From: Sphingomonadaceae bacterium
GTDB taxonomy: Bacteria; Pseudomonadota; Alphaproteobacteria; Sphingomonadales; Sphingomonadaceae
Direction of reading: 5' to 3'
NCBI GenBank assembly: GCA_031421275.1
Contig: JANOOK010000012.1
Coordinates: 7,773-71,772, forward strand
DNA length: 64,000 bases
The notes under the pieces were generated by a model. The model made no database searches, was not told where the DNA came from, and saw only the letters and a program-made list of their open reading frames with translations. Both the position numbers and the translations under genes were made by a program. This document shows, piece after piece, positions 38,059 to 47,899 of the stretch. Each line of letters starts with the position of its first letter. Position 1 is the first letter of the stretch.

Positions 38059-39545
38059 AAGCGCGGCAGTTCGGGAAAGCGGGTCTGGCCACCGTGGACA
38101 TGGACGCGGCCGAGTTCGGCGCATTTGCACAGCTGCGGGAAGACCTTGCCCGGATTGAGCAGGTTGCCGGGATCGAACGCGCACTTCAGCCGCATCTGCT
38201 GATCGAGGTCGATGTCGGTGAACATCGTCCCCATCAGATCGCGTTTCTCGACGCCGACGCCGTGCTCGCCGGTCAGCACGCCGCCGACCTCGACGCACAG
38301 ACGCAGGATATCGTTGCCGAATTCCTCGGCGCGCTCGAGTTCGCCGGCGGTGTTGGCATCGTAGAGGATCAGCGGATGCAGATTGCCGTCGCCGGCATGA
38401 AAGACGTTGGCGACGCGTAAGGCGTACTGCGCCTCCATCGCCTTCATCCGGGTCAGCACGTCGCCGAGCCGTTTGCGCGGGATCGTGCCGTCCATGCAGT
38501 AATAGTCGGGCGAAAGCCGGCCGACGGCGGGGAACGCCGCCTTGCGTCCGGCCCAGAACAGCAGCCGCTCGGCCTCGCTGGTGCTGACGCGGCAGGTCAC
38601 CGCGCCGTGGTCGGCGGCGATCGTCTCGACCGCCGCGACGAGGTGGTCGACCTCGGCGGCGCAGCCGTCGAGCTCGACGATCAGCACCGCCTCGACGTCG
38701 AGCGGATAGCCGGCGTGAACGAAGGCTTCGGCCGCCTCGACCGCGAGCTTGTCCATCATCTCCATGCCGCCGGGAATGATCCCGGCCGCGATGATCGCCG
38801 CCACCGCATTGCCGGCTCCGGCAACCGTCGGGAAGCCGAGCAGCACGGCGCGTGCGCCCGGCGGCTTGGGCAGGATGCGCACGGTGACCTCGGTGACGAC
38901 GCCGAGCAGCCCTTCGGAGCCGACCATGACGCCGAGCAGGTCGTAGCCGTCGGCGTCGTAGTGCTTGCCGCCGAGGCGGACGACCTCGCCCGCCATCGTG
39001 ACGATCTCGATGCCGATGACGTTGTTCGTCGTCAGGCCGTACTTCAGGCAGTGGACCCCGCCCGAGTTCTCGGCGACGTTGCCGCCGATCGTGCAGGCGA
39101 TCTGGCTCGACGGGTCGGGCGCATAATAAAAGCCGTCGCCTTCGACCGCCTGCGTGATCGCAAGGTTGGTGACCCCGGGCTGGACCACGACGCAGCGGTT
39201 GGGGAGGTCGACTTCGAGGATGCGGTTGAACTTGCCGAGCCCGAGCAGGACGCCGTCGGCGAGCGGCAGCGCCCCGCCCGACAGCGAGGTGCCTGCGCCG
39301 CGCGGCACGACCTTGATGCCCTCCGCACTGCAATAGCGCAAGGTTTCGACGATCTGCGCCGTCGTTTCGGGCAGCACGACGACCATCGGCAGCGTGCGGT
39401 AGGCGGTCAGCCCGTCGCTCTCATAAGCCCGACGCTCGACTTTGGCGTCGATGACGCCTTCACCGGGCACGATCCGGCGGAGCGCCGCGACGATCGCCGC
39501 CCGGCGTGCGATGACCTCTGCATCGGGAATCGGCATTATCAGCAT
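38055..39545 (-). CDS. glcD: Glycolate oxidase subunit GlcD
   Basis: YESDGLTAY, PRGAGTSLSGG, YAPDPSSQIACTIGGN, FHAGDGNLHP, TGEHGVGVEK, LNPGKVFP. Confidence 0.95.
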   Translation of the reverse strand: MLIMPIPDAEVIARRAAIVAALRRIVPGEGVIDAKVERRAYESDGLTAYRTLPMVVVLPETTAQIVETLRYCSAEGIKVVPRGAGTSLSGGALPLADGVLLGLGKFNRILEVDLPNRCVVVQPGVTNLAITQAVEGDGFYYAPDPSSQIACTIGGNVAENSGGVHCLKYGLTTNNVIGIEIVTMAGEVVRLGGKHYDADGYDLLGVMVGSEGLLGVVTEVTVRILPKPPGARAVLLGFPTVAGAGNAVAAIIAAGIIPGGMEMMDKLAVEAAEAFVHAGYPLDVEAVLIVELDGCAAEVDHLVAAVETIAADHGAVTCRVSTSEAERLLFWAGRKAAFPAVGRLSPDYYCMDGTIPRKRLGDVLTRMKAMEAQYALRVANVFHAGDGNLHPLILYDANTAGELERAEEFGNDILRLCVEVGGVLTGEHGVGVEKRDLMGTMFTDIDLDQQMRLKCAFDPGNLLNPGKVFPQLCKCAELGRVHVHGGQTRFPELPRF

Positions 39546-39634
39546 GGCAATCTCCCGCCCGGCAGCGTCACCGCGAAGCCTTCGCGGCTGCTTTATCGCG
39601 CTCTCTCCGACGGTACAACCGATGCGGCGCTAGC

Positions 39635-39832
39635 TCACTTTGCCCGTGCCAGCCCGCCGCGCCGGGGCGGCACCAGTCCGACGCGGCGGTCGTGCTGCCA
39701 GACTTCCACCATCGTCTCCGCTGCCAGGCTCTGCGCAAATGCCAGTGCCATGTTGTCGTCGGCCTGCCGGTAGGTTCGCACCGTGTCGATCAGCCCGCTA
39801 TCATTCATGAGATAGAACCGATAGTCCGTCAC
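39635..39832 (-). CDS. Small hypothetical protein (65 aa)
   Basis: YRFYLMNDSG...ADDNMALAFAQ...VEVWQHDRRVG resembles a small alphaproteobacterial protein pattern; GGAG SD upstream; fills the intergenic gap. Confidence 0.6.
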   Translation of the reverse strand: MTDYRFYLMNDSGLIDTVRTYRQADDNMALAFAQSLAAETMVEVWQHDRRVGLVPPRRGGLARAK

Positions 39833-39938
39833 GATCGCTCCGCATCGGAACGTGCCGCAGCGACGGAGCGGGAAAGCTCAGTCACCGGCGTTGGTGGCCC
39901 TACCAAGCGACTCGACGCTCCCACTCACAAAGGCTCCC

Positions 39939-41051
39939 ATGAAGATCACCGCCGCGATTCTGGATGCGACCGCGGCACCGCCCTATGCGGCGACCCGACC
40001 GCTCCGAATCGCCGAAATCGATCTAGCACATCCGCGCAATGGTGAACTATTGATTAAAATCGACGCAGCGGGGTTGTGCCATTCGGACCTGTCGGTGATC
40101 AACGGCGACCGCCTGCGGCCGCTGCCGATGGCGCTCGGCCACGAGGCGGCAGCGACGGTGCTCGAGGCCGGCAGCGCCAGCCGGTTTGCCGCCGGCGACC
40201 GTGTCGTGCTGGCGTTTCTCCCCGCTTGCGGTCGCTGCGTCGCGTGCGCCGGCGGCGAAGGTTATCTGTGCGCCCCGGCCGCGAGCGCCAACGGTGCCGG
40301 CGTGCTGCTCGGCGGCGACTGCCGGCTGAGCGAGCACGGCGTCCCCGTCCACCACCACCTCGGCGTCTCGGCGTTCGCCAGCCACGCGGTGATCGACGAG
40401 CGCTCGGCGGTCAAGGTCGACGCCGATATCCCGCCCGAGATCGCCGCGCTGTTCGGCTGCGCGGTGCTGACCGGCGTCGGCGCGGTGGTCAACAGCGCAC
40501 GAGTGCGGATCGGCGAGAGCGTCGTCGTCTACGGCTTGGGCGGCGTCGGGCTGGCGGCATTGCTCGGCGCGGTCGCCAGCGGGGCCGAGCCGGTGATCGC
40601 GGTCGATCCCGTCGCCGCCAAGCGCGCGCTGGCGCTCGAGCTCGGCGCGGCGGCAGCCGTGGCACCCGAGGATGCTGCGGCGACGGTGGCCGCGCTCACC
40701 CGCGGCGGCGCGGACGTGTCGATCGAGACGGTCGGGCGCGCCAGCGTCCTCGCCGAGGCGTACCGTGTCACCCGGCGCGGCGGGCGCACGGTCACCGTCG
40801 GGCTCCCCAACCCGGCCGAGCTGCTGACGATCCCGGCGATCTCGCTGGTCGCCGACGGCAAGACGCTGATCGGCAGCTACATGGGCTCGGCGATCCCGGC
40901 GCGTGACATCCCGCGCTACATCGCGCTGTGGAAGCGCGGCCGGCTGCCGGTCGAGCGGTTGCTGACCTCGGTGGGCCCGCTCTCCGACATCAACCGGCTG
41001 CTCGACGAACTCGCCGCGGGGCGCGCCATCCGGCAGGTGATGCTGCCGTGA
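39939..41051 (+). CDS. Zinc-dependent alcohol dehydrogenase (MDR family)
   Basis: GLCHSD, LGHE, CGRCVAC...C, ALFGCAVLTGVGA, GLGGVG. Confidence 0.93.
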   Translation: MKITAAILDATAAPPYAATRPLRIAEIDLAHPRNGELLIKIDAAGLCHSDLSVINGDRLRPLPMALGHEAAATVLEAGSASRFAAGDRVVLAFLPACGRCVACAGGEGYLCAPAASANGAGVLLGGDCRLSEHGVPVHHHLGVSAFASHAVIDERSAVKVDADIPPEIAALFGCAVLTGVGAVVNSARVRIGESVVVYGLGGVGLAALLGAVASGAEPVIAVDPVAAKRALALELGAAAAVAPEDAAATVAALTRGGADVSIETVGRASVLAEAYRVTRRGGRTVTVGLPNPAELLTIPAISLVADGKTLIGSYMGSAIPARDIPRYIALWKRGRLPVERLLTSVGPLSDINRLLDELAAGRAIRQVMLP

Positions 41052-42376
41052 GCCCAGCGGAGCACACGCGGAAGCGCAGCCCGACGCCGCAGCACGATCC
41101 CGATCCGCCCGGCACGCCCGCCCGACGCGGCGCGCTGCGGCTGCTGACCAGCGTGCTCCAGCAGGGCCGCTCGCTCGACGGCGCGATCGAGAGCGCGTTG
41201 AAGGGTGTCGAGCGCAGCGACGACCGCGCGCTGGCGCGCAGCCTGGCGAGCGGCGTGCTGCGCTGGCTGACCGACCTCGACGCGCTGATCGACGGCGCGA
41301 CGCAGCGGCCGCTGCCCGGCGATGCCCGCGCCCGCATGGCGCTGCGGATCGGCATGGCGGGGCACCTGCTGCTCGGCACGCCGCCGCATGCCGTCGTCGC
41401 GACGACGCTGGCGTTGACCGAAGGCGGCCCGCGGCGGCTGACCCACGCCGTGCTTTCGCGGCTGCTGCGCGAGCATGCGGCGCTGCCCGAGATGCCGACG
41501 CTGCCCGAGCCGTTCGGGACACGGTGGGCGACCGATTGGGGAAGCGATGTTGCCGCGGCTGCCGCGCACGCCTTTGCCAGCGAGACCGCGACCGATTTGA
41601 CCCTGCGCGACCCGGCCGAGACCGCGCATTGGGCCGCCGAACTGGGCGGCGTGTCGCTCGCGACCGGTCACGTCCGCATCCCGCGGCAGGGCCCGCTGGT
41701 CGAGCTGCCCGGCTTCGGCGAGGGCGCGTGGTGGGTGCAGGACCTCGCCGCCAGCCTGCCGGCGCGGCTGCTGAACGCCCGGCCCGGCGAGCGCGTCCTC
41801 GACCTGTGCGCCGCGCCCGGCGGCAAGACGCTCCAGCTCGCCGCGGCGGGCGCGACCGTCACCGCGCTCGACCAGTCCGACGCGCGGCTCGACCGCGTCC
41901 GCGACAACCTCGCGCGCACCGGGCTGCACGCGACCGTGATCGCCGTCGACGCGCTCGAATGGGCGACCGCCGAGCGCTTCGACGCGGTGCTGCTCGATGC
42001 GCCATGCTCGGCGACCGGCGTGTTCCGGCGGCATCCCGACGTGCTGCACCTCAAGGGCAGCCGCGATCTCGCGCCGGTGCTGGCGCTGCAGGCGGCGCTG
42101 CTCGACCGCGCACTGGCGCTGCTCGCGCCCGGCGGCCGGCTGGTCTACGCGACCTGCAGCCTCGACCCGCGCGAAGGCGAAGCGCAGCTGGCGGCGCTGC
42201 AGGCGCGCGCGCCGCAACTGCGCGTCGACCCGGTGCGCGCGCATGAACTGCCGCCGGGGCTCGCGCCGGACCCGCAGGGCTGGGTGCGAACGCTGCCGGG
42301 TCAGCTTGCCGAAGCGGGCGGGCTCGACGGGTTTTTTGTCGTCCGGCTGCGAAACGACGAGCTTCTGTTTCAATAA
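41048..42376 (+). CDS. rsmB: RsmB/NOP family RNA m5C methyltransferase with NusB-like N-terminus
   Basis: WWVQD, LDLCAAPGGKT, LLDAPCSATG, YATCSL, DGFF; GTG overlaps the ADH stop. Confidence 0.88.
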   Translation: MSPAEHTRKRSPTPQHDPDPPGTPARRGALRLLTSVLQQGRSLDGAIESALKGVERSDDRALARSLASGVLRWLTDLDALIDGATQRPLPGDARARMALRIGMAGHLLLGTPPHAVVATTLALTEGGPRRLTHAVLSRLLREHAALPEMPTLPEPFGTRWATDWGSDVAAAAAHAFASETATDLTLRDPAETAHWAAELGGVSLATGHVRIPRQGPLVELPGFGEGAWWVQDLAASLPARLLNARPGERVLDLCAAPGGKTLQLAAAGATVTALDQSDARLDRVRDNLARTGLHATVIAVDALEWATAERFDAVLLDAPCSATGVFRRHPDVLHLKGSRDLAPVLALQAALLDRALALLAPGGRLVYATCSLDPREGEAQLAALQARAPQLRVDPVRAHELPPGLAPDPQGWVRTLPGQLAEAGGLDGFFVVRLRNDELLFQ

Positions 42377-42391
42377 GGTTGAACCGAAGTT

Positions 42392-42469
42392 CGTCACCCC
42401 CGCGAAGGCGGGGGCCCATACGCGTCGAACAATTGACGCGTATGGGCCCCCGCCTTCGCGGGGGTGACG
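42392..42469. repeat. REPIN-like long inverted repeat, copy 5 (perfect 35-bp arms)
   Basis: CGTCACCCCCGCGAAGGCGGGGGCCCATACGCGTC / GACGCGTATGGGCCCCCGCCTTCGCGGGGGTGACG; outer GTTGAACCG/CGGTTCAAC pairing; solo arm fragment CGCGGGGATGACA at 42497. Confidence 0.92.
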
Positions 42470-42584
42470 GTTCAACTTGGGTGAAAGCGACCCTAGCGCG
42501 GGGATGACAACGGGATCGAACGGACGCTCATTTCGCGGCAGCACCACCCTTCCGGCTCGCGCCCCGCCCTGCTACGACGCCTCG

Positions 42585-43247
42585 ATGCAACAACCCGTCC
42601 GCATCGCACCGTCGATCCTGTCCGCCGACTTCGCGCGGCTCGGCGCGGAAGTCCGCGCGCTCGAAGCCGCCGGGGCCGACTACATCCACGTCGACGTCAT
42701 GGACGGACATTTCGTCCCCAACATCAGCATCGGGCCGCTGGTGGTGAAGGCGGCGCGGCCGCACAGCCGCCTGCCGTTCGATGTCCACCTGATGATATCG
42801 CCGGTCGACGCCTATCTCGAAGCCTTCGTCGAGGCGGGTGCCGATATCCTTACCGTCCACCCTGAAGCGGGGCCGCACCTGCACCGCACCCTGCAACGCA
42901 TTAAGGCGCTGGGGGTGCGTGCCGGCGTGTCGCTCAATCCCGCGACGCCGGCCAAGCTGCTCGACTATGTGCTCGAGGATGTCGACCTCGTGCTGGTCAT
43001 GAGCGTCAACCCCGGCTTCGGCGGGCAGCGCTTCATCACCAGCCAGCTGCGCAAGATCGAAGCCTAGCGCAAGGCGATCGACGCCACCGGGAAAGTCATC
43101 GACCTCGAGGTCGACGGCGGCATCGACGCCGAAACGGCGCGCCTGACGATCGGCGCCGGGGCCGACGTGCTCGTGGCCGGCACCGCCACGTTCCGCGGCG
43201 GCCCTGAGCATTATGCGGCAAACATCGCGGGCCTGCGCGGCAGATGA
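42585..43247 (+). pseudogene. rpe: Ribulose-phosphate 3-epimerase interrupted by an in-frame TAG at 43065-43067 (pseudogene, sequencing error or readthrough)
   Basis: [38 protein letters not shown] precede the TAG; LEVDGGI and AGADVLVAGTA continue in the same frame to TGA at 43245. Confidence 0.85.
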
Positions 43248-44998
43248 GCGGTGCCGACGACGCGCGCGGTGAGCGGCGCGATTTGGGCCAGCTCGCGGCC
43301 GCTGGCAAGTCCGAGCGCCGGACGCGTGCCGACGGCGGCGACAAGGGCCAGACGCTCGGCGAGAAGCTGACCGCCGGACTGCGCCGTATCGGCTATGCGA
43401 CCGCGCTGCACCGCATCCGGCTGCGCGGTCACTTTCCGCTCAAGCTGCTGGCGGTGCCGGTCGACCCGTTCCCGGGCGACGCGGGCATCGTCGAGCGCAT
43501 CGTCGCCGGGCGGCTGGTCCACGCCGGGCACAACGCGCCGTCGCGCGCCGTGCGTTTCGACGACCCGGCTGCACCGCCAGCGTGGCGCGACTGGGTCAAC
43601 GGTTTCGCCTGGCTGCGCGATCTTGCGGCGGCCGCCGACCGCGGCGCGGGGGCGCGCGCGGCCGAGCCGCTGATGGCGCGCTGGCTCGCCGACTTCGCCG
43701 AATATGACGCCGCGGGGTGGCGCGCCGATCTGGTAGGCATGCGGCTGCTGTATTGGACGGCCTATGCGCCGTACATCCTGTCGTCGAACGACCTCGTCTA
43801 TCGCTCGGCGGTATTGAACGTCATGGCGCGGTCGGCGCGGCATCTCGACCGCGCGGTCGACAAACTGCCCGACGGCCCGCCGCGCGTGATTGCCGCTGCC
43901 GGGCTGGTCGTCGCCGGGCTGCTGATCCCTGGCGGCGAAGCGCGACTGGCGCGCGGCGAGGCGCTGCTCGGCCGCGCGCTCGATGCGGTGGTGCTGACCG
44001 ATGGCGGGCTGGTCAGCCGTTCGCCGCTGGGCCAGCTCGAACTGCTCGAACTGCTGCTGCTCGTGCAGGCGAGCTACGCCGCGCGCGCCGTGCCGGTGAC
44101 GGCCGCGCTGGAAACCGCGATCGCGCGGCTGGTCCCGGCGCTCAAGGGTGTGACGATGGGCGACGGGGCGCTCGGCGCGTGGCACGGCGGGTGCTGCAGC
44201 CAGCCGGCACGCGTCGAGCAAGCGCTGCAGCTCTCGGGGGCGATGGCGCGGCCACCGCGCGCCGCGGGGGTGTCGGGCTATCAGCGACTCGCGGCGGGAC
44301 ACTGTATCCTCGTCGCCGATGCCGGGCCGCCGCCGGTGGCGCGCGCCGCAGCAGCCGCGCACGCCGGCACGCTGGCGTTCGAGCTGTCCGACGGGCGGCA
44401 TCGGCTGGTGGTCAACTGTGGCGGCAGCGAGGGGCTGCGACGGCCGCTGCCGCTCGAACTGGCGGCAGGGTTGCGGACCACCGCGGCGCACTCGACGCTG
44501 GTCCTGGCCAACACCAACTCGACCCGTATCCGCGGCGACGGCGCGCTGGGCAGCGGCGTCGAGGAGGTGCTCGCCAACCGGCAGGAAAGCGAGGAGGGCG
44601 CGTGGCTCGACCTCCAGCACGACGGCTATGTCCGCCAGTTCGGCCTGCTCCACCGGCGGCGCATCTTCCTCGCGGCGAGCGGCGATGATCTGCGCGGCGA
44701 GGACCGGCTCGAAGTGGCCGAATCGCGCCGCGCTGGCCGCCGCCGCGACCTCGCCGTCGACGTGCGCTTCCATCTTGGCGGCGAGGTCGAGGCGACGCCG
44801 ACCGGCGGCGGGCAGGGCGCGCTGCTCAAGCTGCCCGACGGCCGCATCTGGCAGTTCAAGGCGCGCGGCGGCACGCTGGCGCTCGACGACAGCGTCTGGA
44901 TCGACCTCGACGGTCGGCCGCAGCCGACGCAACAACTCGTGCTCAGCGCCGCGGGCGCGTCGGCCAGCTTCAACTGGTCGTTCAAACGCGCCAATTAG
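43244..44998 (+). CDS. Heparinase II/III-like protein
   Basis: FAWLRDL, DGGLVSRSP, AHAGTLAFELSDG, LRTTAAHSTL, HDGY, HRRRI, RFHL; usual position between rpe and purH. Confidence 0.85.
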   Translation: MSGADDARGERRDLGQLAAAGKSERRTRADGGDKGQTLGEKLTAGLRRIGYATALHRIRLRGHFPLKLLAVPVDPFPGDAGIVERIVAGRLVHAGHNAPSRAVRFDDPAAPPAWRDWVNGFAWLRDLAAAADRGAGARAAEPLMARWLADFAEYDAAGWRADLVGMRLLYWTAYAPYILSSNDLVYRSAVLNVMARSARHLDRAVDKLPDGPPRVIAAAGLVVAGLLIPGGEARLARGEALLGRALDAVVLTDGGLVSRSPLGQLELLELLLLVQASYAARAVPVTAALETAIARLVPALKGVTMGDGALGAWHGGCCSQPARVEQALQLSGAMARPPRAAGVSGYQRLAAGHCILVADAGPPPVARAAAAAHAGTLAFELSDGRHRLVVNCGGSEGLRRPLPLELAAGLRTTAAHSTLVLANTNSTRIRGDGALGSGVEEVLANRQESEEGAWLDLQHDGYVRQFGLLHRRRIFLAASGDDLRGEDRLEVAESRRAGRRRDLAVDVRFHLGGEVEATPTGGGQGALLKLPDGRIWQFKARGGTLALDDSVWIDLDGRPQPTQQLVLSAAGASASFNWSFKRAN

Positions 44999-45044
44999 CG
45001 TGAGGCAGGCTTGATCATAATATAGTGGTCCATCTTGAATAATG

Positions 45045-45130
45045 ATTGTCATCCCGGCGCAGGCCGGGACCCATGACCTCAGACGTATTCGCTTGAGGTC
45101 ATGGGTCCCAGCCGGCGCCGGGATGACAAT
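45045..45130. repeat. REPIN-like long inverted repeat, copy 6
   Basis: ATTGTCATCCCGGCGCAGGCCGGGACCCATGACCTCA ... TGAGGTCATGGGTCCCAGCCGGCGCCGGGATGACAAT. Confidence 0.88.
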
Positions 45131-45171
45131 GCGTAATCTCGTCACCCGATCGATCTTCAAAGGAACTCGGC

Positions 45172-46758
45172 TTGGATCACGTCATAATCACTCGCGCGCT
45201 GCTGTCGGTGTCGGACAAGGCCGGGCTGGTCGAACTCGGCCACGCGCTCGCCCGGCACAATGTCGAGCTGCTGTCGACCGGCGGCACTGCGGCGGCGCTG
45301 CGCGAGGCCGGGCTGACCGTCACCGACGTCGCCGATCACACCGGCTTTCCCGAGATGATGGACGGCCGGGTCAAGACGCTCCACCCCAAGGTCCACGGCG
45401 GGCTGCTGGCGCTGCGCGGCGACCCCGGCCATGCCGCGTCGATGGCCGAGCACGACATCGCGCCGATCGACTGCCTTGTGGTCAACCTCTATCCGTTCGC
45501 CGCGACCGTGGCGCGCGGCGCGGACCGCGACGAGGTCATCGAGAACATCGACATCGGCGGCCCGGCGATGATCCGCTCGGCCGCCAAGAATCACGCGCAT
45601 GTCGCCGTCGTCATCGATACCTCCGACTATGCCGAACTGATCGCGCAACTCGAGGCGGGCGGCGGCACGACGATGGCACTGCGCCGCCGGCTCGCCGCCA
45701 CCGCCTTCGCCGCGACCGCCGCCTACGACGCGACGATCGCCGGCTGGTTCGACACCGTCGATCAGCCGCAGCTGTTCCCTGCCGTGCGCGTCATGGCGAC
45801 CCGCCTCGCGTCGGAGCTGCGCTACGGCGAGAACCCGCACCAGCGCGCCGCGCTGTACCTGCCGATGCGCCCCGCGACGCGCGGCATCGGCCAGGCCGAG
45901 CAGGTCCAGGGCAAGGAACTGAGCTACAACAACTACAACGATGCCGACGCCGCGCTGGAGTTAGCTGCCGAATTCCGCGACGGCCCGCCGACCGTCGTTA
46001 TCGTCAAGCACGCCAACCCGTGCGGCGTCGCCAGCGCCGCGACGCTGATCGAGGCCTATGAAGCCGCGCTGGCGTGCGACAGCGTCTCGGCGTTCGGCGG
46101 CATCATCGCGGTCAACCGCCCGCTCGACGAAGCGACGGCGGAAGCGATAGCCGCGATCTTCACCGAGGTCGTTGTCGCCCCCGCCGCCGATGCCGCGGCG
46201 CGCGCGGTGTTCGCGCGCAAGAAGAACCTGCGGCTGCTGATCACCGGCGACCTGCCCGACCCGGCGCGGCGCGGGCTGCAGACCAAGATCATCGCCGGCG
46301 GCGTGCTCGTGCAGGAGCGCGATGGCGCCCGCCTCCGCCGCGCCGACATGCGCGTCGTCAGCAAGCGCGCACCCAGCCCCCAGGAACTCGACGACTGCCT
46401 GTTCGCGTGGACCGTCGCCAAGCACGTCAAGTCGAACGCCATCGTCTACGCCAAGGACGGCAGCACCGCCGGCATCGGCGCGGGCCAGATGAATCGCCTC
46501 GAATCGGCGCGTATCGCGGCGTGGAAAGCGCGCGATGCCGCCGCCGTCGCCGGCTGGCCCGCGCCGCGCACCCACGGCAGCGCGGTCGCCTCGGACGCGT
46601 TCTTCCCGTTCGCCGACGGGCTGCTCGCCGCCGCCGAAGCGGGTGCGACCACGGTCATCCAGCCCGGCGGCTCGATCCGCGACGCGGAGGTGATCGCGGC
46701 GGCAGACGAACGCGGGCTGGCGATGGTGTTTACAGGGGTACGTCACTTCAGGCACTAG
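45172..46758 (+). CDS. purH: Bifunctional AICAR transformylase / IMP cyclohydrolase
   Basis: [51 protein letters not shown]. Confidence 0.98.
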   Translation: MDHVIITRALLSVSDKAGLVELGHALARHNVELLSTGGTAAALREAGLTVTDVADHTGFPEMMDGRVKTLHPKVHGGLLALRGDPGHAASMAEHDIAPIDCLVVNLYPFAATVARGADRDEVIENIDIGGPAMIRSAAKNHAHVAVVIDTSDYAELIAQLEAGGGTTMALRRRLAATAFAATAAYDATIAGWFDTVDQPQLFPAVRVMATRLASELRYGENPHQRAALYLPMRPATRGIGQAEQVQGKELSYNNYNDADAALELAAEFRDGPPTVVIVKHANPCGVASAATLIEAYEAALACDSVSAFGGIIAVNRPLDEATAEAIAAIFTEVVVAPAADAAARAVFARKKNLRLLITGDLPDPARRGLQTKIIAGGVLVQERDGARLRRADMRVVSKRAPSPQELDDCLFAWTVAKHVKSNAIVYAKDGSTAGIGAGQMNRLESARIAAWKARDAAAVAGWPAPRTHGSAVASDAFFPFADGLLAAAEAGATTVIQPGGSIRDAEVIAAADERGLAMVFTGVRHFRH

Positions 46759-46872
46759 ACGGTGCCGTGACGATTTCCGCCGTGTTTGGAGCCGTTTAGC
46801 GGTCGGTTGTTTATGTACGCCGAGTTGACATATCAGCCCCGCGCGGGTTGGACGGCCCTTGCGGAGACTTCG

Positions 46873-47859
46873 ATGAACGGCCTGATCGCTTTCCCACGGC
46901 ATACTGCAGTCAGTGCGCTTTCTGCGGCCAGCCTGGCCAGCGCTCTCGATCAGAGCGTGGATTGCGTGAAGCTGGTCAGTCTGGACGGCAAAATCGAATA
47001 TATGAACTCCAATGGTCTCTGCGCGCTGGAAATCGACGATTTCTGCAGTGTCCAGGGCACGGCTTGGGCCGACATGTGGCCGGCGGACGCCCGGCAGACG
47101 ATCATCGACTCTTTTCCCGAAGCCGCCGCCGGCAAAACGGTCCAGTTCTGTGCCTATTCCCCGACCGCGAAGGGCACGCCGCGCTGGTGGGACGTGACCG
47201 TCTCACCGGTGACGAACGATCTCGGGGCGCTGGCCGGATTTCTCGCGGTCTCGCGCGATGTCACGGCAAATCACAACAGCCAGGACGCGTTGCGGATTGC
47301 CGCCGCGGAGATGAAACACCGCCTGAAGAATACCTATCAGACGATCGCGAGCTTGATGATCATGGTGGCGCGCGGGAATTCCGTCCAGGAAGGTTTCGCG
47401 CGGGAGATGGCCGATCGGCTCGGCGCGCTCAGCCGGGCGCAATCGCTGTTTACCGACGACGAGGCACCTTGCGATCTCGAAATCCTCATACCCGCGCTGG
47501 TTACGCCGTTCGGCAACGATGCCTGCCCGATCGCTTTCGATGCGATGCCGGCGGTGCGCATTGCTCAGTCGCAAGCAGACGCGATCGCGCTGGTCATCGG
47601 CGAGCTGGCGGTCAACTCCGCCAAGCATGGTGCTTTTATCTTTGGCGGCGCTATCAACGTCAGCGCGGTCATACAGGGCGGCACTGTCGCGATCGCCTGG
47701 CGCGAACGATGCGATCGAGAGATCGAACGGCACGCGCGCGAAGGGGGGCAGGGTCTGAAGTTAATGGCCCAGATCATGCGCGCGCGGCAGGGCACGATCG
47801 TGCTGAATTGGGAAGATCACGGCGTCCTGGCAACGCTCGCCTTCGAGCTGCCGGTCTAA
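46873..47859 (+). CDS. PAS-domain HWE-family sensor histidine kinase (orphan, cytoplasmic)
   Basis: PAS (DCVKLVSLDG...WWDVTVSP...SRDVT); H-box EMKHRLKN; ELAVNSAKHGA; WRE motif; GGAG SD. Confidence 0.88.
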   Translation: MNGLIAFPRHTAVSALSAASLASALDQSVDCVKLVSLDGKIEYMNSNGLCALEIDDFCSVQGTAWADMWPADARQTIIDSFPEAAAGKTVQFCAYSPTAKGTPRWWDVTVSPVTNDLGALAGFLAVSRDVTANHNSQDALRIAAAEMKHRLKNTYQTIASLMIMVARGNSVQEGFAREMADRLGALSRAQSLFTDDEAPCDLEILIPALVTPFGNDACPIAFDAMPAVRIAQSQADAIALVIGELAVNSAKHGAFIFGGAINVSAVIQGGTVAIAWRERCDREIERHAREGGQGLKLMAQIMRARQGTIVLNWEDHGVLATLAFELPV

Positions 47860-47899
47860 CCCGGTGAGCGGTCGCTCGCGCGGTATTGCAGCCGCCAAC

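Noticed and set aside
43065-43067. Genome-wide amber reassignment or pyrrolysine
   Set aside because: purH, glnD and other genes end at TAG exactly where their families end, and no pyl genes are present.
6235-45130. Palindromic repeats as a CRISPR array
   Set aside because: They are dispersed single inverted doublets rather than tandem repeat-spacer units, and there are no cas genes.
46788-46811. Possible EcfG promoter GGAGC-N16-GTT upstream of the HWE kinase
   Set aside because: Mismatch in GGAAC and imperfect spacing; not distinguishable from chance.
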